Shown here piece after piece: positions 34,801-43,634 of a stretch of DNA of 64,000 nucleotides. A program made the position numbers and the translations under genes. The stretch lies in sequence record NC_019406.1. One strand, given 5' to 3'. Within the stretch, counting starts at the first letter, position 1. The number at the start of each line of letters is the position of its first letter. The notes beneath the pieces are model-generated. The model was not told the origin of the DNA. It was given only the letters and a program-made list of their open reading frames with translations, and searched no databases.

Positions 34801-36832
34801 CTATGAGGAGTTCTCGCTGGCGACCACGGGCGATCACACCCTTCGCTTCACGTACAGCAAGGACGGCTCGCTGGCGGTCGGAGACGATACGGTCTACATT
34901 TCGCAGATCACGTACTACAAGACGCTGACCAACCCCTATGTCTATGGGGACACGGTCACCTATCAGGGGGCTTACTGGTTCTGTCGGCAGGCAGGCACCA
35001 GCGAGGCGCCCGGTGATGGCGACGATTGGATCAAGCTGCCCGAGAGCTTGGCCAATCTCAAGGACATCGACTTCTCGACGCCTCCGACGTCAGGCCAAAC
35101 CCTGGTCTACGATTCGTTGACCTCCAAGTTCAAGCCGGGCGCAGCGTCGGGCGGTGGCTCTTCCACCACCTATAACATCGGCTTGCCGCCGCGCACGCGC
35201 GTCCACCGCGCGGCGGTTCAGGCGATCGCCACCGCGACCTGGACGGCCGTACAATGGGACACCGAAGCCGAGGACGCCGTCAACGCCTTCGTCAGCGGGT
35301 CCAATACGCGGATTACTGTACCGGCAGGGGTGAGTAAGGCTCGCGCCACGGCCTACGTGAATTGGGGCTCCAACATGAACGGCGCCACCATCATTGGCGC
35401 CGCCCTGCGTCGTAATGGCGTCGAGACCGGTAGCACCGGCGGGAGCCGGATCGTTGCTTCGCGTAGCGGCCAGTACGAGTCTCATCTCAATTTCACGTCG
35501 GAATGGTTCCCGGTCACGGCGGGCGATTACTACGAACTGTTCGTGCTTCAGCAGTCGGGGATCACCGCCAACCTCAACGGGCCAGTCACGAACTTCGGCG
35601 AAAACACCTATCTCCAGTTCGAATGGGATGACGGCACGCCGATCACTGCGATCGAAGCTGGTGACACCCACGGCGCGCACCAGGGTTGGCGTGTCATCCT
35701 GACCGATAGTCAGACGGGAACTTTCGCCACGATTTCGGAACTGAAGTTCTACGATCGATCTGGCGTACAGATTCCGACTACCGGTGGCAAGCTCTTCGAC
35801 ACCAATTCCTCGCCTAGCTATCCAGTTCAGCAGGCTTTCGACGGAAACACTACCACTTATTGGTCTTCGTCTCAGGTGGCGTCTTCCGGAGTCTATGGCG
35901 GGCCGGGCTACATTTTCGCCTCACCGGTCGATGTTGGCTCGATCAAGATCACCTCGACGGGTACCGATTTCAACACCACGAACTCGCCCCAGAGCTTCGT
36001 CATCCAGTACACCGATGACGGCGGAGTGTCCTGGCTAACTTACCACACTGTTTCAGGACAGACCGGATGGGGCGACCACGAGGAACGTACCTTCGTCCTG
36101 CCACTGGTTGGCGTTGCGCGCGTCGCGGGCGCTCGCATGCTCGACGAACTTCGTGATGTCACCCTGGGGACGCCGAAGAATGGCGATCTTCTGACTTACG
36201 ATAGCCTCTCTGGGGTCTGGAAGCAGAAGAGCCCGCTGGGATGGGCACCGCCTCTGGCAGCCCACTTCCCCACGGCCGTGGGTTCCGTAGCCCTGACCTT
36301 GGCGGACGACGCCGACGTGGGACTGACGATCGATTGCGGCGCTGCCGCATCGGGCGATGTTCAGCGCGGCGTCTTCAAGAGCCTCCCTACTTCGGGCGAT
36401 TGGTCGGTTACCGCCAAGATCATCGACCATCTGGCGCCGGTCTACTACAACGCCGTGGGCCTCATGCTGCGCGAATCTACGACCGGCAAGCTGGTGCTGT
36501 TGGGCTGTGAGGTCGCCGGATCGAGCTTCTCGGTGCCGATGCGACAGGTGCGTTATTCGCGCCTCCCAGGTCTCACGGGGTTCACGGCCAATGACTACGG
36601 ACGCCCCTCGCCATCCTTGCCGCAATGGTATCGCCTCTCATACACTGCTGCGACGACCACGCTCAAGGCGGAGGTCTCCTCCGATGGCAAGTTCTGGCGC
36701 ACGATCGTTTCCCAGCCCGTGACCACGGGCTTTACGACTAAGCCAGATCAGGTCGGACTTGGTTGCTCGCTGAACTACTCCGACACGCAATCGGCGATGT
36801 TCTCGGTTCCTTATTGGGCACAGAGCTTCTAA
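31835..36832 (+). CDS. long tail fibre / receptor-binding protein
   Basis: DUF2793-like N-terminus; about 40-aa F.DL.D.P..Y.G...K.LRVN repeats; two discoidin-like (AFD...T.W) modules; lectin-like C-terminus. Confidence 0.85.
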   Translation: MTDYTPDLHLPLVAPNQNQKEATINTALAILESAANDSVTISLISGNLTLNDDQYTKYFHHQFVDHASSRIVSLPATRRWFAVENLGGGPITFKVTGSTGLSAELPSGKIGLVVSDGVDVRFVVPDPTGGLGLLRDLSDVDGIPTDGQLLRWYAADSLWKPWTLTLPFKGLSDVPSTYVGEGGKLLAVRMDGTGIEFVSSAANINSFVDLDDTPNSYSGSANFTVKVNSAGTGLTFALPRLTEAADFPSNYTGAAGKLLRVNSTANGVMFDVLKVVDLSDGPGAPSAPNALRYIRVNAAGNGWEYATGTGGPDHFTQLEDTPDNYTGKAKQFPRVNDAEDGLIFSTVKFTDLADGPGAFTGSGKKFLRINTAANAIIYDAPKVEDLADGPGAPAVAHAKKVLRVNTAGNAVEYITLKITDLGGFPSSFTGQGGKYLIVKGDESGIQFTTASYTTSFLNLTDVPAESYAGLAGRAFVVDPTATGLIPGPIIPTRLGQLADVEDGTGTPQQGDFLRWIDGVWQADPFPVTGGGGGGATELAELTDVEIAASDPPQDGQVLGFSAATGKWTPTTVQTTVVSDLDDLADVTITSPVNGQIMVYRDGEWVNEDPASQGVPSNGSHIYWRLLLHATDGSTVQYGIQEIQFKQSKFGPDLANGGTASASTDEFGTASGAFDNVISGAWFSTTAADGQWIKYQFPTPAEVRYMTIQGSQSQPNTSPSAFSVQWSDNDADWTTAWEVTGQTGWAPGQTREFHAPIDLYFTDLADAPQSYIGQAAKLLRVKGDSSGLEFFTLFVPTTLGQLADVEDATGTPQDGYVLTYKDGVWQAEPPAGGSGGGGGASAFIDLTDAPSSYAGEGGNAVRVKMTEDGLEFYSPGTGGGGGGGWRGGWAAGAEQVFITFDDGMLNPAFSYDASGFSVVNQPDSVAGTTYALKFRPIGNGASCYCELPIEDVVNAANLKVRYKVSSEGPDYFRILQDGSQVLQDSGNTGLYEEFSLATTGDHTLRFTYSKDGSLAVGDDTVYISQITYYKTLTNPYVYGDTVTYQGAYWFCRQAGTSEAPGDGDDWIKLPESLANLKDIDFSTPPTSGQTLVYDSLTSKFKPGAASGGGSSTTYNIGLPPRTRVHRAAVQAIATATWTAVQWDTEAEDAVNAFVSGSNTRITVPAGVSKARATAYVNWGSNMNGATIIGAALRRNGVETGSTGGSRIVASRSGQYESHLNFTSEWFPVTAGDYYELFVLQQSGITANLNGPVTNFGENTYLQFEWDDGTPITAIEAGDTHGAHQGWRVILTDSQTGTFATISELKFYDRSGVQIPTTGGKLFDTNSSPSYPVQQAFDGNTTTYWSSSQVASSGVYGGPGYIFASPVDVGSIKITSTGTDFNTTNSPQSFVIQYTDDGGVSWLTYHTVSGQTGWGDHEERTFVLPLVGVARVAGARMLDELRDVTLGTPKNGDLLTYDSLSGVWKQKSPLGWAPPLAAHFPTAVGSVALTLADDADVGLTIDCGAAASGDVQRGVFKSLPTSGDWSVTAKIIDHLAPVYYNAVGLMLRESTTGKLVLLGCEVAGSSFSVPMRQVRYSRLPGLTGFTANDYGRPSPSLPQWYRLSYTAATTTLKAEVSSDGKFWRTIVSQPVTTGFTTKPDQVGLGCSLNYSDTQSAMFSVPYWAQSF

Positions 36833-37482
36833 TGAGCCGCTTCTGGAAGGCCCAGAAGTGGCATCCGAACAAGACCTGCTTCATCGTCGGAGGCGGTCCA
36901 AGCCTGAAGGGCATGGACCTCTCCGGCCTTGACGGGCGACTGGTCATCACCGCGAACAACGCCTACCAGTTGGTGAAGGAACCTGACACCATCTTCTTCG
37001 CGGACACGCGATGGTGGCGCTGGCACCGCGAGCGCATCGGTGAGTTCCGAGGCCGGATTGTGACGGCTGCCTCGTCACGTGATTTCGGCGACGGACGCGT
37101 CTGCCGCATGGGGCGTGATTACAGCTATACCAAGGATGAGGGACCGGCCCTATCGCGGGACCCTTCGATGCTGTGCGGCGCGGACAGCGGATACATGGCG
37201 ATCAACCTCGCCTACCACTATGGAGTCAGCCGCATCGTGCTCCTGGGCTTTGACATGGGCTTTGTAGGCGGCGAGGCCCACTGGCATCCGGACCATCCGA
37301 TCGCCACGCCAGAGTCACATTACGTGGATCGTTTTGGCCCGACCTATCCTGCCTTGGTGCAAGCGCTCAAGAAGGAGAATGTCGAGGTGCTGCGCTGCAC
37401 GCCCTCGCGATTGGATTTCATTCCCGAAGTCCCTCTGGCCGACGCACTGGCGCTTCCGGACCGATTCCACGGCCGGCTTTAG
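36832..37482 (+). CDS. DUF115/Maf-like (MptE-like) glycosyltransferase-associated protein
   Basis: CFIVGGGPSL, SG..AINLAY..G..RIVLLGFDM. Confidence 0.75.
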   Translation: MSRFWKAQKWHPNKTCFIVGGGPSLKGMDLSGLDGRLVITANNAYQLVKEPDTIFFADTRWWRWHRERIGEFRGRIVTAASSRDFGDGRVCRMGRDYSYTKDEGPALSRDPSMLCGADSGYMAINLAYHYGVSRIVLLGFDMGFVGGEAHWHPDHPIATPESHYVDRFGPTYPALVQALKKENVEVLRCTPSRLDFIPEVPLADALALPDRFHGRL

Positions 37483-37485
37483 GGC

Positions 37486-37525
37486 GCCAGTATTCTTGAC
37501 ACGTTAACCCTCTTCGCCTTAAGAC
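37486..37525 (+). promoter_or_regulatory. GCCAGTATTCTTGAC promoter variant
   Basis: TTGACA with motif variant upstream of the GT cluster. Confidence 0.5.
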
Positions 37526-37531
37526 CTAGGG

Positions 37532-38368
37532 ATGCCCAAGGCTTACGTCCATCTCCTGGATGCGGTTCACTACCGCCGCGATGCGTTCGTCAACGGCTTC
37601 GCGCGCCTGGGTTATATCGTAGAGCGAGGCACGCCGGCGGTTCCATTGGCGCCCGACGACGTCGTGGTGATCTGGAACAAGACACCGCGTTCGGCCCAGG
37701 CGCTGCGAATGGCGCGCAAGAACGGAGCGGCCGTCCTGGTCGCCGAAAACGGCTACTTCGGTAAGGACGTCAATGGTCACCAACCTTACGCCTTGGCGCT
37801 CGATGGGCACAACGGCTCGGGGCGCTGGTTCGCGCCTGACTCCTCGCGTCTCGATCGTTTGAGCGTTCCGTTTGAGCCCGTGCGTGCTCCGGGGATGCTG
37901 GGTAAGGTCCTGATCGCCGACCAGCGCGGTATCGGCAGTCAAAAGATGCGCTCACCGCCCAAGTTCGGCGTCCAGATGCTGGAGCGCCTGACGCATCATC
38001 AGCCGTTTCGCCAAATCGAGCTACGCGCGCATCCCGGACGTCATAAGGCCGACGTGTCGCTGGAACGCGATCTAGAGGATTGCGACGCGCTCGTGGTTTG
38101 GTCTTCGAACTGTGCAACCCTGGCCCTTCAAAAGGGCATCCCTGTCCATTACTGCGCACCAGCGATCGCGTCGGCGGGCGCTGCCAAGCCTTTCATGCCG
38201 AGCTTGCGCGCCACCTTCACCGAGGAGGAGCGCCGCGAGGCCTTTGCACGCATGGCCTGGGCGCAGTGGTTCCTCGATGAGATCGCCAGCGGCGAGGCGA
38301 TGCGCACTCTGCTCGACGTCTACGCGGGCACGCTTCCATCCGTCTCTCCGGGCATTGACCTCGCATGA
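37532..38368 (+). CDS. GT-B glycosyltransferase-like (KpsS/KpsC-like)
   Basis: ENGY, R.HP, SSN....ALQKGIP motifs. Confidence 0.6.
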   Translation: MPKAYVHLLDAVHYRRDAFVNGFARLGYIVERGTPAVPLAPDDVVVIWNKTPRSAQALRMARKNGAAVLVAENGYFGKDVNGHQPYALALDGHNGSGRWFAPDSSRLDRLSVPFEPVRAPGMLGKVLIADQRGIGSQKMRSPPKFGVQMLERLTHHQPFRQIELRAHPGRHKADVSLERDLEDCDALVVWSSNCATLALQKGIPVHYCAPAIASAGAAKPFMPSLRATFTEEERREAFARMAWAQWFLDEIASGEAMRTLLDVYAGTLPSVSPGIDLA

Positions 38369-39210
38369 TCCGACCGCCTCTCAATCCCCTTTTTCAGCCG
38401 CCGGTCTGCGTCATCCAGCGCGGTAAGCCCAAGTCCCAGATGCTCGCGGAAGCGATCGTCAAGGGTGCCCGAGGTGGCAAGATCATGGTAACGCCGCATG
38501 TCAGCGAATTGCCGGCCGGGCATATTCCGGTCGTGATCGGGGCGCATCCCACGACCATCGAGACGCTGCGCGCGCTCCACGATAACGGCCATCCCTATGT
38601 CTACGTGGATAATGGCTATTTCCATCCGTACAAGAGCGGCGGCTACTTCCGCGCCACCTGTAACGCGCTCCAGTGGGTCGATCGTTGGCCGTACGATCGC
38701 GCCGAGGCTCGCAACCGCTGGGAAAGCCATAGGCTGAAGGTCGCGCCCTGGCGGGACGAAGGCGGCCACGTGTTGATCGCTCTTCAGACGTCGACTTGGT
38801 ACCAAATGATGGGCGTCGACCAGGATGCCTGGGTGCGCGATGTCCTGGAGCGTCTCACGCCGTGGACGAAGCGCAAGATCATCGTCCGGCAGAAGCCCCT
38901 GAAGGGCATCCAGGTTCCTCCTCTAGAGGAAGAACTGAAGAACGCTTGGGCGGTGGTCGCCTACTCTTCGAATGTCATGCTCGACGCATCTCTCCAGGGC
39001 ATCGCGGTCTTTCCGCAGCGGGCGTGCGCCGCCCAGCCCCTGGGTACCGGACAGCTATCGCGAATTGAAGAACCCCGCCGGGTCTTCGATCGCGAGCGCA
39101 TCTACGAAGAACTTGCCGCCGCGCAATGGACCGTTCCCGAGATGGAATCCGGGAAGATGTGGAACGACCTGCGCTGCCAGTACCAGCCTGAATTTGGACG
39201 CCTTGCATGA
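38365..39210 (+). CDS. GT-B glycosyltransferase-like, paralog
   Basis: DNGY, RQKP, SSNV..DASLQGI motifs; same layout as upstream gene. Confidence 0.6.
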   Translation: MIRPPLNPLFQPPVCVIQRGKPKSQMLAEAIVKGARGGKIMVTPHVSELPAGHIPVVIGAHPTTIETLRALHDNGHPYVYVDNGYFHPYKSGGYFRATCNALQWVDRWPYDRAEARNRWESHRLKVAPWRDEGGHVLIALQTSTWYQMMGVDQDAWVRDVLERLTPWTKRKIIVRQKPLKGIQVPPLEEELKNAWAVVAYSSNVMLDASLQGIAVFPQRACAAQPLGTGQLSRIEEPRRVFDRERIYEELAAAQWTVPEMESGKMWNDLRCQYQPEFGRLA

Positions 39211-39992
39211 CCCTTCACGTCTTCGTCGGCTACGACGTTCGCGAACACGCTGCCTGGATGGTGTGTCGCGACAGCCTCCTCAACCCCATCGCCTACGAGG
39301 GCGACGCGCCGTTGGATGTCCAGGTCCATCCCGTCTCGCACCGTGAACTGCGCCGCGCCGGCGTCTTCGATCGCCCCTGGCGCATCGACGAGAAGGGGCA
39401 GACCTGGGACGAGCGCGACGGCCGTCCATTCTCGACCGAGTTCAGCCACTCGCGTTTCCTGGTCCCGTCGTTGGCTCAGGCGATGGGGTTGACCGGGCAG
39501 GTCGTCTTCGTCGATTGCGATTTCATGTTCATGCACTCGGTGGTCGACATGGTCGACTCACTCGATCCGACCAAGCTGGTGTCGGTGGTCAAGCATGATT
39601 TCGAGCGGATCGCGGCCGGTACGAAGATGGACGGCATGTCGCAGAGCCGTTACTACCGCAAGCTGTGGTCGAGCCTGATGGTGTTCAATCTCGATCATGA
39701 AGACGCGCATCTCTTCCATCCGCATTACGCAAACACCTGGGATGGGTCCAGCCTTCACGGGTTCCAACCGCTGACCGATAGCGAAATCGGGGACATCCCC
39801 AGCGAGTGGAATCACATCCCAGGTCACTCCTCGGCGAACGAGGTTCCCTCAGCCATCCACTGGTCTTTCGGCGGTCCCTGGATGCCCGCGTACGAAAAGG
39901 CGGCCTGGGCTCCGCTGTGGCGCGCACGCTACGTCCAGGTGATGCAGGACGCGCTGATCGACGACATCTCCACCACTTTCCCGATCCTGTGA
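39207..39992 (+). CDS. GT-A glycosyltransferase (GT8-like)
   Basis: FVGYD, FS.SRFLVP, FVDCDFMF (DxD), WSSLMVFN, HWSFGGPW. Confidence 0.85.
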   Translation: MTLHVFVGYDVREHAAWMVCRDSLLNPIAYEGDAPLDVQVHPVSHRELRRAGVFDRPWRIDEKGQTWDERDGRPFSTEFSHSRFLVPSLAQAMGLTGQVVFVDCDFMFMHSVVDMVDSLDPTKLVSVVKHDFERIAAGTKMDGMSQSRYYRKLWSSLMVFNLDHEDAHLFHPHYANTWDGSSLHGFQPLTDSEIGDIPSEWNHIPGHSSANEVPSAIHWSFGGPWMPAYEKAAWAPLWRARYVQVMQDALIDDISTTFPIL

Positions 39993-39994
39993 CC

Positions 39995-40501
39995 ATGCTG
40001 ATCAGCACTCAATATCAAGCCCTGAACGCGCAGCTTCACTCAGACCTCGCTACCTATGGGGCCGGCGGCTGGCATTGGATTGGACCCGCGCTCTCCATGG
40101 CGCGTCTGGTCGGCACGCACACCATCCTCGACTATGGCGCTGGCAAGGGCTCGTTCGGCGCCTGGATGCCTCCGGAGTACGAGGTGGTCAACTACGATCC
40201 GGTGACCTATCCGGCGGAGCCGCCTGCCTGTGGATTGGTCGTCTGCCTGGACGTCATGGAGCACATCGAGCCCGACTGCCTGGAAGACGTCTTGCGCCAT
40301 ATCCGCTCGAAGGCCCAGCGCGCCGCCTTCTTCGTGATCTCGCTACGTCCGGCCCAGAAGACGCTGGCGGACGGCCGCAACGCTCACCTCATCGTCGAAG
40401 ATGCGCGCTTCTGGATCGGCAAGCTGCTTGAGCACTTCCGGACGACGGAAACCATCAATGTCGGTCGCGCCGACGAACTGGTCATTTTGGCTAAGGTCTG
40501 A
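39995..40501 (+). CDS. class I SAM-dependent methyltransferase
   Basis: ILDYGAGKG; VCLDVMEHI. Confidence 0.85.
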   Translation: MLISTQYQALNAQLHSDLATYGAGGWHWIGPALSMARLVGTHTILDYGAGKGSFGAWMPPEYEVVNYDPVTYPAEPPACGLVVCLDVMEHIEPDCLEDVLRHIRSKAQRAAFFVISLRPAQKTLADGRNAHLIVEDARFWIGKLLEHFRTTETINVGRADELVILAKV

Positions 40502-40509
40502 GTACGCGT

Positions 40510-41385
40510 ATGGGTTACGGCGACAAGCTTATGGCGATCGGAGACGCATGGGCAATGCACCAGCGCGATCCGATGAAGCGTAAGGTGGCGATCGGTGATG
40601 GTCGCAACATCGACAAGACGGACCTCAACCTGACCTGGGGACTGGAGCATTTCCTGGCGACGCAGGAAGAGGTCGACTCCGGCTACCCGATCAATTGGGT
40701 GATCAGCTACCCCGGCAACCGACCCTACATCGACTACGGCGCAGTGCGCTCGGCCCTGGTCCGACAGGGCATCCGGCTCATCAAGCCGCGCAAGATGATC
40801 GGGAAGCTGGGGCACTACATCTTCGATCTCTCCTATCGCCCGCGCCCAGCCCCGATCAAGCTGACGCCCGAGGAAGAAGCCATTGCCGAAGAGTGGGCCG
40901 CCAAGGGGCCGTTCGTGGTGATCGAGGGCTTCACCAAGGCGCGCGCCTCGCCGAACAAGCAGTGGCCCGTGGATCGGTTCCGTGAAGTCGCCCGGACGCT
41001 GAAGCGGGAAATTCCGGTCTATCAGATCGGGGCCGCCGGCACGATGCCGCTGCTGCCGAGCCTGCCGCAGATTCGACCCGAAAGCTTCCGCCAGTCCCTG
41101 GCCTATCTGAAGGCTGCGTCCCTCTACATTGGGCCTGAAGGTGGGCTTCATCACGGTTCTCGCGCGATGAACACGCGCGCAGTGGTGATCTACGGCGGGT
41201 TCACATCGCCGCTCATCACGGGCTACCCCGATCTGCACATCAACCTGACCGGGGACAACGAGGGCCGCGCCTGCGGCTCTAAGAATGAGTGCATGCACTG
41301 CACCAAGGCGCTCCAGAGCATCTCGCCTGGAGAAGTCCTGGCGCATGCTCGTCGGCAATTGGAGAAGGTCCATGCTGGACTCTAA
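40510..41385 (+). CDS. GT9-family (heptosyltransferase-like) glycosyltransferase
   Basis: G.GD.LM, NKQWP..RF, YIGPEGGLHH motifs. Confidence 0.8.
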   Translation: MGYGDKLMAIGDAWAMHQRDPMKRKVAIGDGRNIDKTDLNLTWGLEHFLATQEEVDSGYPINWVISYPGNRPYIDYGAVRSALVRQGIRLIKPRKMIGKLGHYIFDLSYRPRPAPIKLTPEEEAIAEEWAAKGPFVVIEGFTKARASPNKQWPVDRFREVARTLKREIPVYQIGAAGTMPLLPSLPQIRPESFRQSLAYLKAASLYIGPEGGLHHGSRAMNTRAVVIYGGFTSPLITGYPDLHINLTGDNEGRACGSKNECMHCTKALQSISPGEVLAHARRQLEKVHAGL

Positions 41386-41635
41386 GCCGGGCTATCACGT
41401 CGCGGAAATCCCGAAGGGCGTCCTTGGCGAACCGTCCAAGATCGCCGAGGAACACGCCGAGTTCCAGGACGCCGTCTCGCAGGGCATCAAGATCATGGCC
41501 CTGGTCGAACTGGCGGACCTCTACGGCGCCATCAAGAAGTACCTCGAAAAGCATCACCCCGGCGTCACCTTCGACGATCTGGACGCCATGAGTTTCGTCA
41601 CCGAAAGGGCATTCATCAATGGCCGCCGCACTTAA
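41372..41635 (+). CDS. small helical protein, MazG-like fold possible
   Basis: KIAEE.AEF.DA...VELADLYGA acidic helical pattern. Confidence 0.6.
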   Translation: MLDSKPGYHVAEIPKGVLGEPSKIAEEHAEFQDAVSQGIKIMALVELADLYGAIKKYLEKHHPGVTFDDLDAMSFVTERAFINGRRT

Positions 41636-42473
41636 TTGGCGGGACATTCCCGTCGCCGATTGCGAGTTCAGCGTCAAAGCTTTGAACGCGATCTGGAACG
41701 ATCACGGACCGAACGTCACCCTGGGCATGCTCGCCTCCAAGTCCGATGAGGAACTGGTGCGCTCCGCCCACATCGGTCGCAAGACCCTGAAGGAAATCCG
41801 CGCCATGATCGACGTCATCTCGCAGCAGCATCCCGGCCCGGCGCCGCAACGTCCGGTCTTCATCCCGCACGCCTCGATCGACTGGTCGCTGCTGGCGCGC
41901 GCCGTGGATTTCTATCAAGCCCATGGCTTCAAGTACGTCGAGTTGCCCTGGGCAGTCAGTCGCGAGAGCGTCGCCATCACCTGTCCCAAGCCGGAGTTCA
42001 CTGCGGAGGTCGAGGGCCTGGGCAGCCTCGTGGGATCGGCCGAGCAATCGTTTCTGCACATGGACCTCGCCGGCAAGCTCGGCAAGGGTCGCTTCTGCGC
42101 CCTGACGCCGTGTTTCCGTCTGGGCGATTACGAAGATGACCTGCACCATCCCTACTTCATGAAGGTGGAACTCTACGCCAACAATGCCGAGGGCATCTCG
42201 GTGATGATGAAGGACCAGGAGGTGGCGCCGCCCGAGGCTCGGGCCATGATGTCACTGCTGCACATGATGAGCATCGTCGGCCAGTTCAACCGTACGATCC
42301 TGGGTGACGAGGAGGTGGACAACCTTCGCGGCGTCCAGACGGCTGAGGGCTTCGATGTCGAACTGAATGGAATCGAGATCGGCAGCTATGGAGTTCGCCA
42401 GCACGGCGAACATGTCTGGGTCTATGGTACCGGCGTCGCCGAGCCGCGCTTTTCTCAAGCTCGGCGCGCCTAG
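41619..42473 (+). CDS. RNAP alpha-CTD-like domain fused to class II aminoacyl-tRNA synthetase-like catalytic domain
   Basis: N-term FSVKALNAI..TLG.L..KSDEEL....IGRKTLKEI; C-term GSAEQSF, PCFR, FMKVELY, D.ELNGIEIGSYG, GTG.AEPR. Confidence 0.75.
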   Translation: MAAALNWRDIPVADCEFSVKALNAIWNDHGPNVTLGMLASKSDEELVRSAHIGRKTLKEIRAMIDVISQQHPGPAPQRPVFIPHASIDWSLLARAVDFYQAHGFKYVELPWAVSRESVAITCPKPEFTAEVEGLGSLVGSAEQSFLHMDLAGKLGKGRFCALTPCFRLGDYEDDLHHPYFMKVELYANNAEGISVMMKDQEVAPPEARAMMSLLHMMSIVGQFNRTILGDEEVDNLRGVQTAEGFDVELNGIEIGSYGVRQHGEHVWVYGTGVAEPRFSQARRA

Positions 42474-42549
42474 CCGATTTCTTGACCGCTGTCAACAATG
42501 CTGGCAGGATGCCGTTAACCAAACTGGCATCTTGCTGAGCCTCTCTGAC

Positions 42550-43161
42550 ATGCAAATTTCCGCCGAGGGGCTGAAGATCATTCAGTCCGCCGAAAAGTTC
42601 GAGCCCAAGTTCTACTACGAGAACGCCCACATCGCCACGGTAGGCTGGGGGCACGCGCTCACGACGCCCGCCGGCCAACTGATCGACTACGACGTCTTCG
42701 GGCGGGCTAAGGCTGACCAACTGGCGCGCGAAGCCATGCAGCGCATGTTCGGAAAGCAAGAGATCACGGTCCCTGAAGCCGATGCGCTCCTGACGAAGGA
42801 CTTGGCGCGATTCGTCGCGGCCGTCAATGCGGTGGCGGACGACAAGACCTATCAGTGCGAATTCGACGCCATGGTCTCCATGGCCTTCAACATCGGCACC
42901 GCCGGCTTCGCGAGTTCGGCCGTCGCCCGCTTGCACAAGGCCGGTAACCGCAAGGTTGGTCAGGTCTCGATGAGCGCGTTGTCGGCCGCCGCGAAGAACA
43001 AGGCCTCACCGACGGACATCAAGATCGCCTTCGTGCGCTGGTCCAACGTCAACGGGGCCTATTCGTTGGGCCTTTTCCGCCGCCGCCTCGCCGAGATCAT
43101 GGTCTATGGCGGTATGAAGGCTGAAGATGCGCTGAAGACGGCTTGGAGTTTCAAGGGCTAA
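42550..43161 (+). CDS. endolysin (GH24 phage lysozyme)
   Basis: GL..I...E, TVGWGH, EFDAMVSMAFNIG, GL.RRR.AE motifs. Confidence 0.9.
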   Translation: MQISAEGLKIIQSAEKFEPKFYYENAHIATVGWGHALTTPAGQLIDYDVFGRAKADQLAREAMQRMFGKQEITVPEADALLTKDLARFVAAVNAVADDKTYQCEFDAMVSMAFNIGTAGFASSAVARLHKAGNRKVGQVSMSALSAAAKNKASPTDIKIAFVRWSNVNGAYSLGLFRRRLAEIMVYGGMKAEDALKTAWSFKG

Positions 43162-43634
43162 TGCAGATGCCGGCAATGCCCAACATGGCCCAGGCGCAAG
43201 GATACTTCCAGCGATTTTCTGGCTGGGTAGGGTCCACGGTCAAGACGCTCTGTGACCGTCCCGACCATCTTCAGCGCCTCGCCATCATCGGCGCCGGCAT
43301 GGTCGTCCAGTTGACCATGTGGGCCGTCATTCTCATCGTCTGGCTCGGCTACGACCGCACGCCCGAACTCCAGTCGCAGTCGCTCAACTTCATGGGTTGG
43401 GCATTGATGGGCTCCATGGCTCTTTGGGGTCTCGTCGTCGTCACGCTGCTGGGTACGATCAAGGGCCTATCGATCGCAGGTCCCGGAGGCTTCGGCATCA
43501 ACCTGCTGACCACGGCTGACGATCCGGACGTCGACCCCAGCACGCCACGCGGACATGACCATGGTGGCTGGCGCGGCGGCGGCGGAGGCGGTCCGCCGCC
43601 CGACGGTGGCAAGCAAATTCAGGTGACCGACTAG
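43161..43634 (+). CDS. putative holin
   Basis: Two hydrophobic segments; between endolysin and spanins. Confidence 0.6.
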   Translation: MQMPAMPNMAQAQGYFQRFSGWVGSTVKTLCDRPDHLQRLAIIGAGMVVQLTMWAVILIVWLGYDRTPELQSQSLNFMGWALMGSMALWGLVVVTLLGTIKGLSIAGPGGFGINLLTTADDPDVDPSTPRGHDHGGWRGGGGGGPPPDGGKQIQVTD

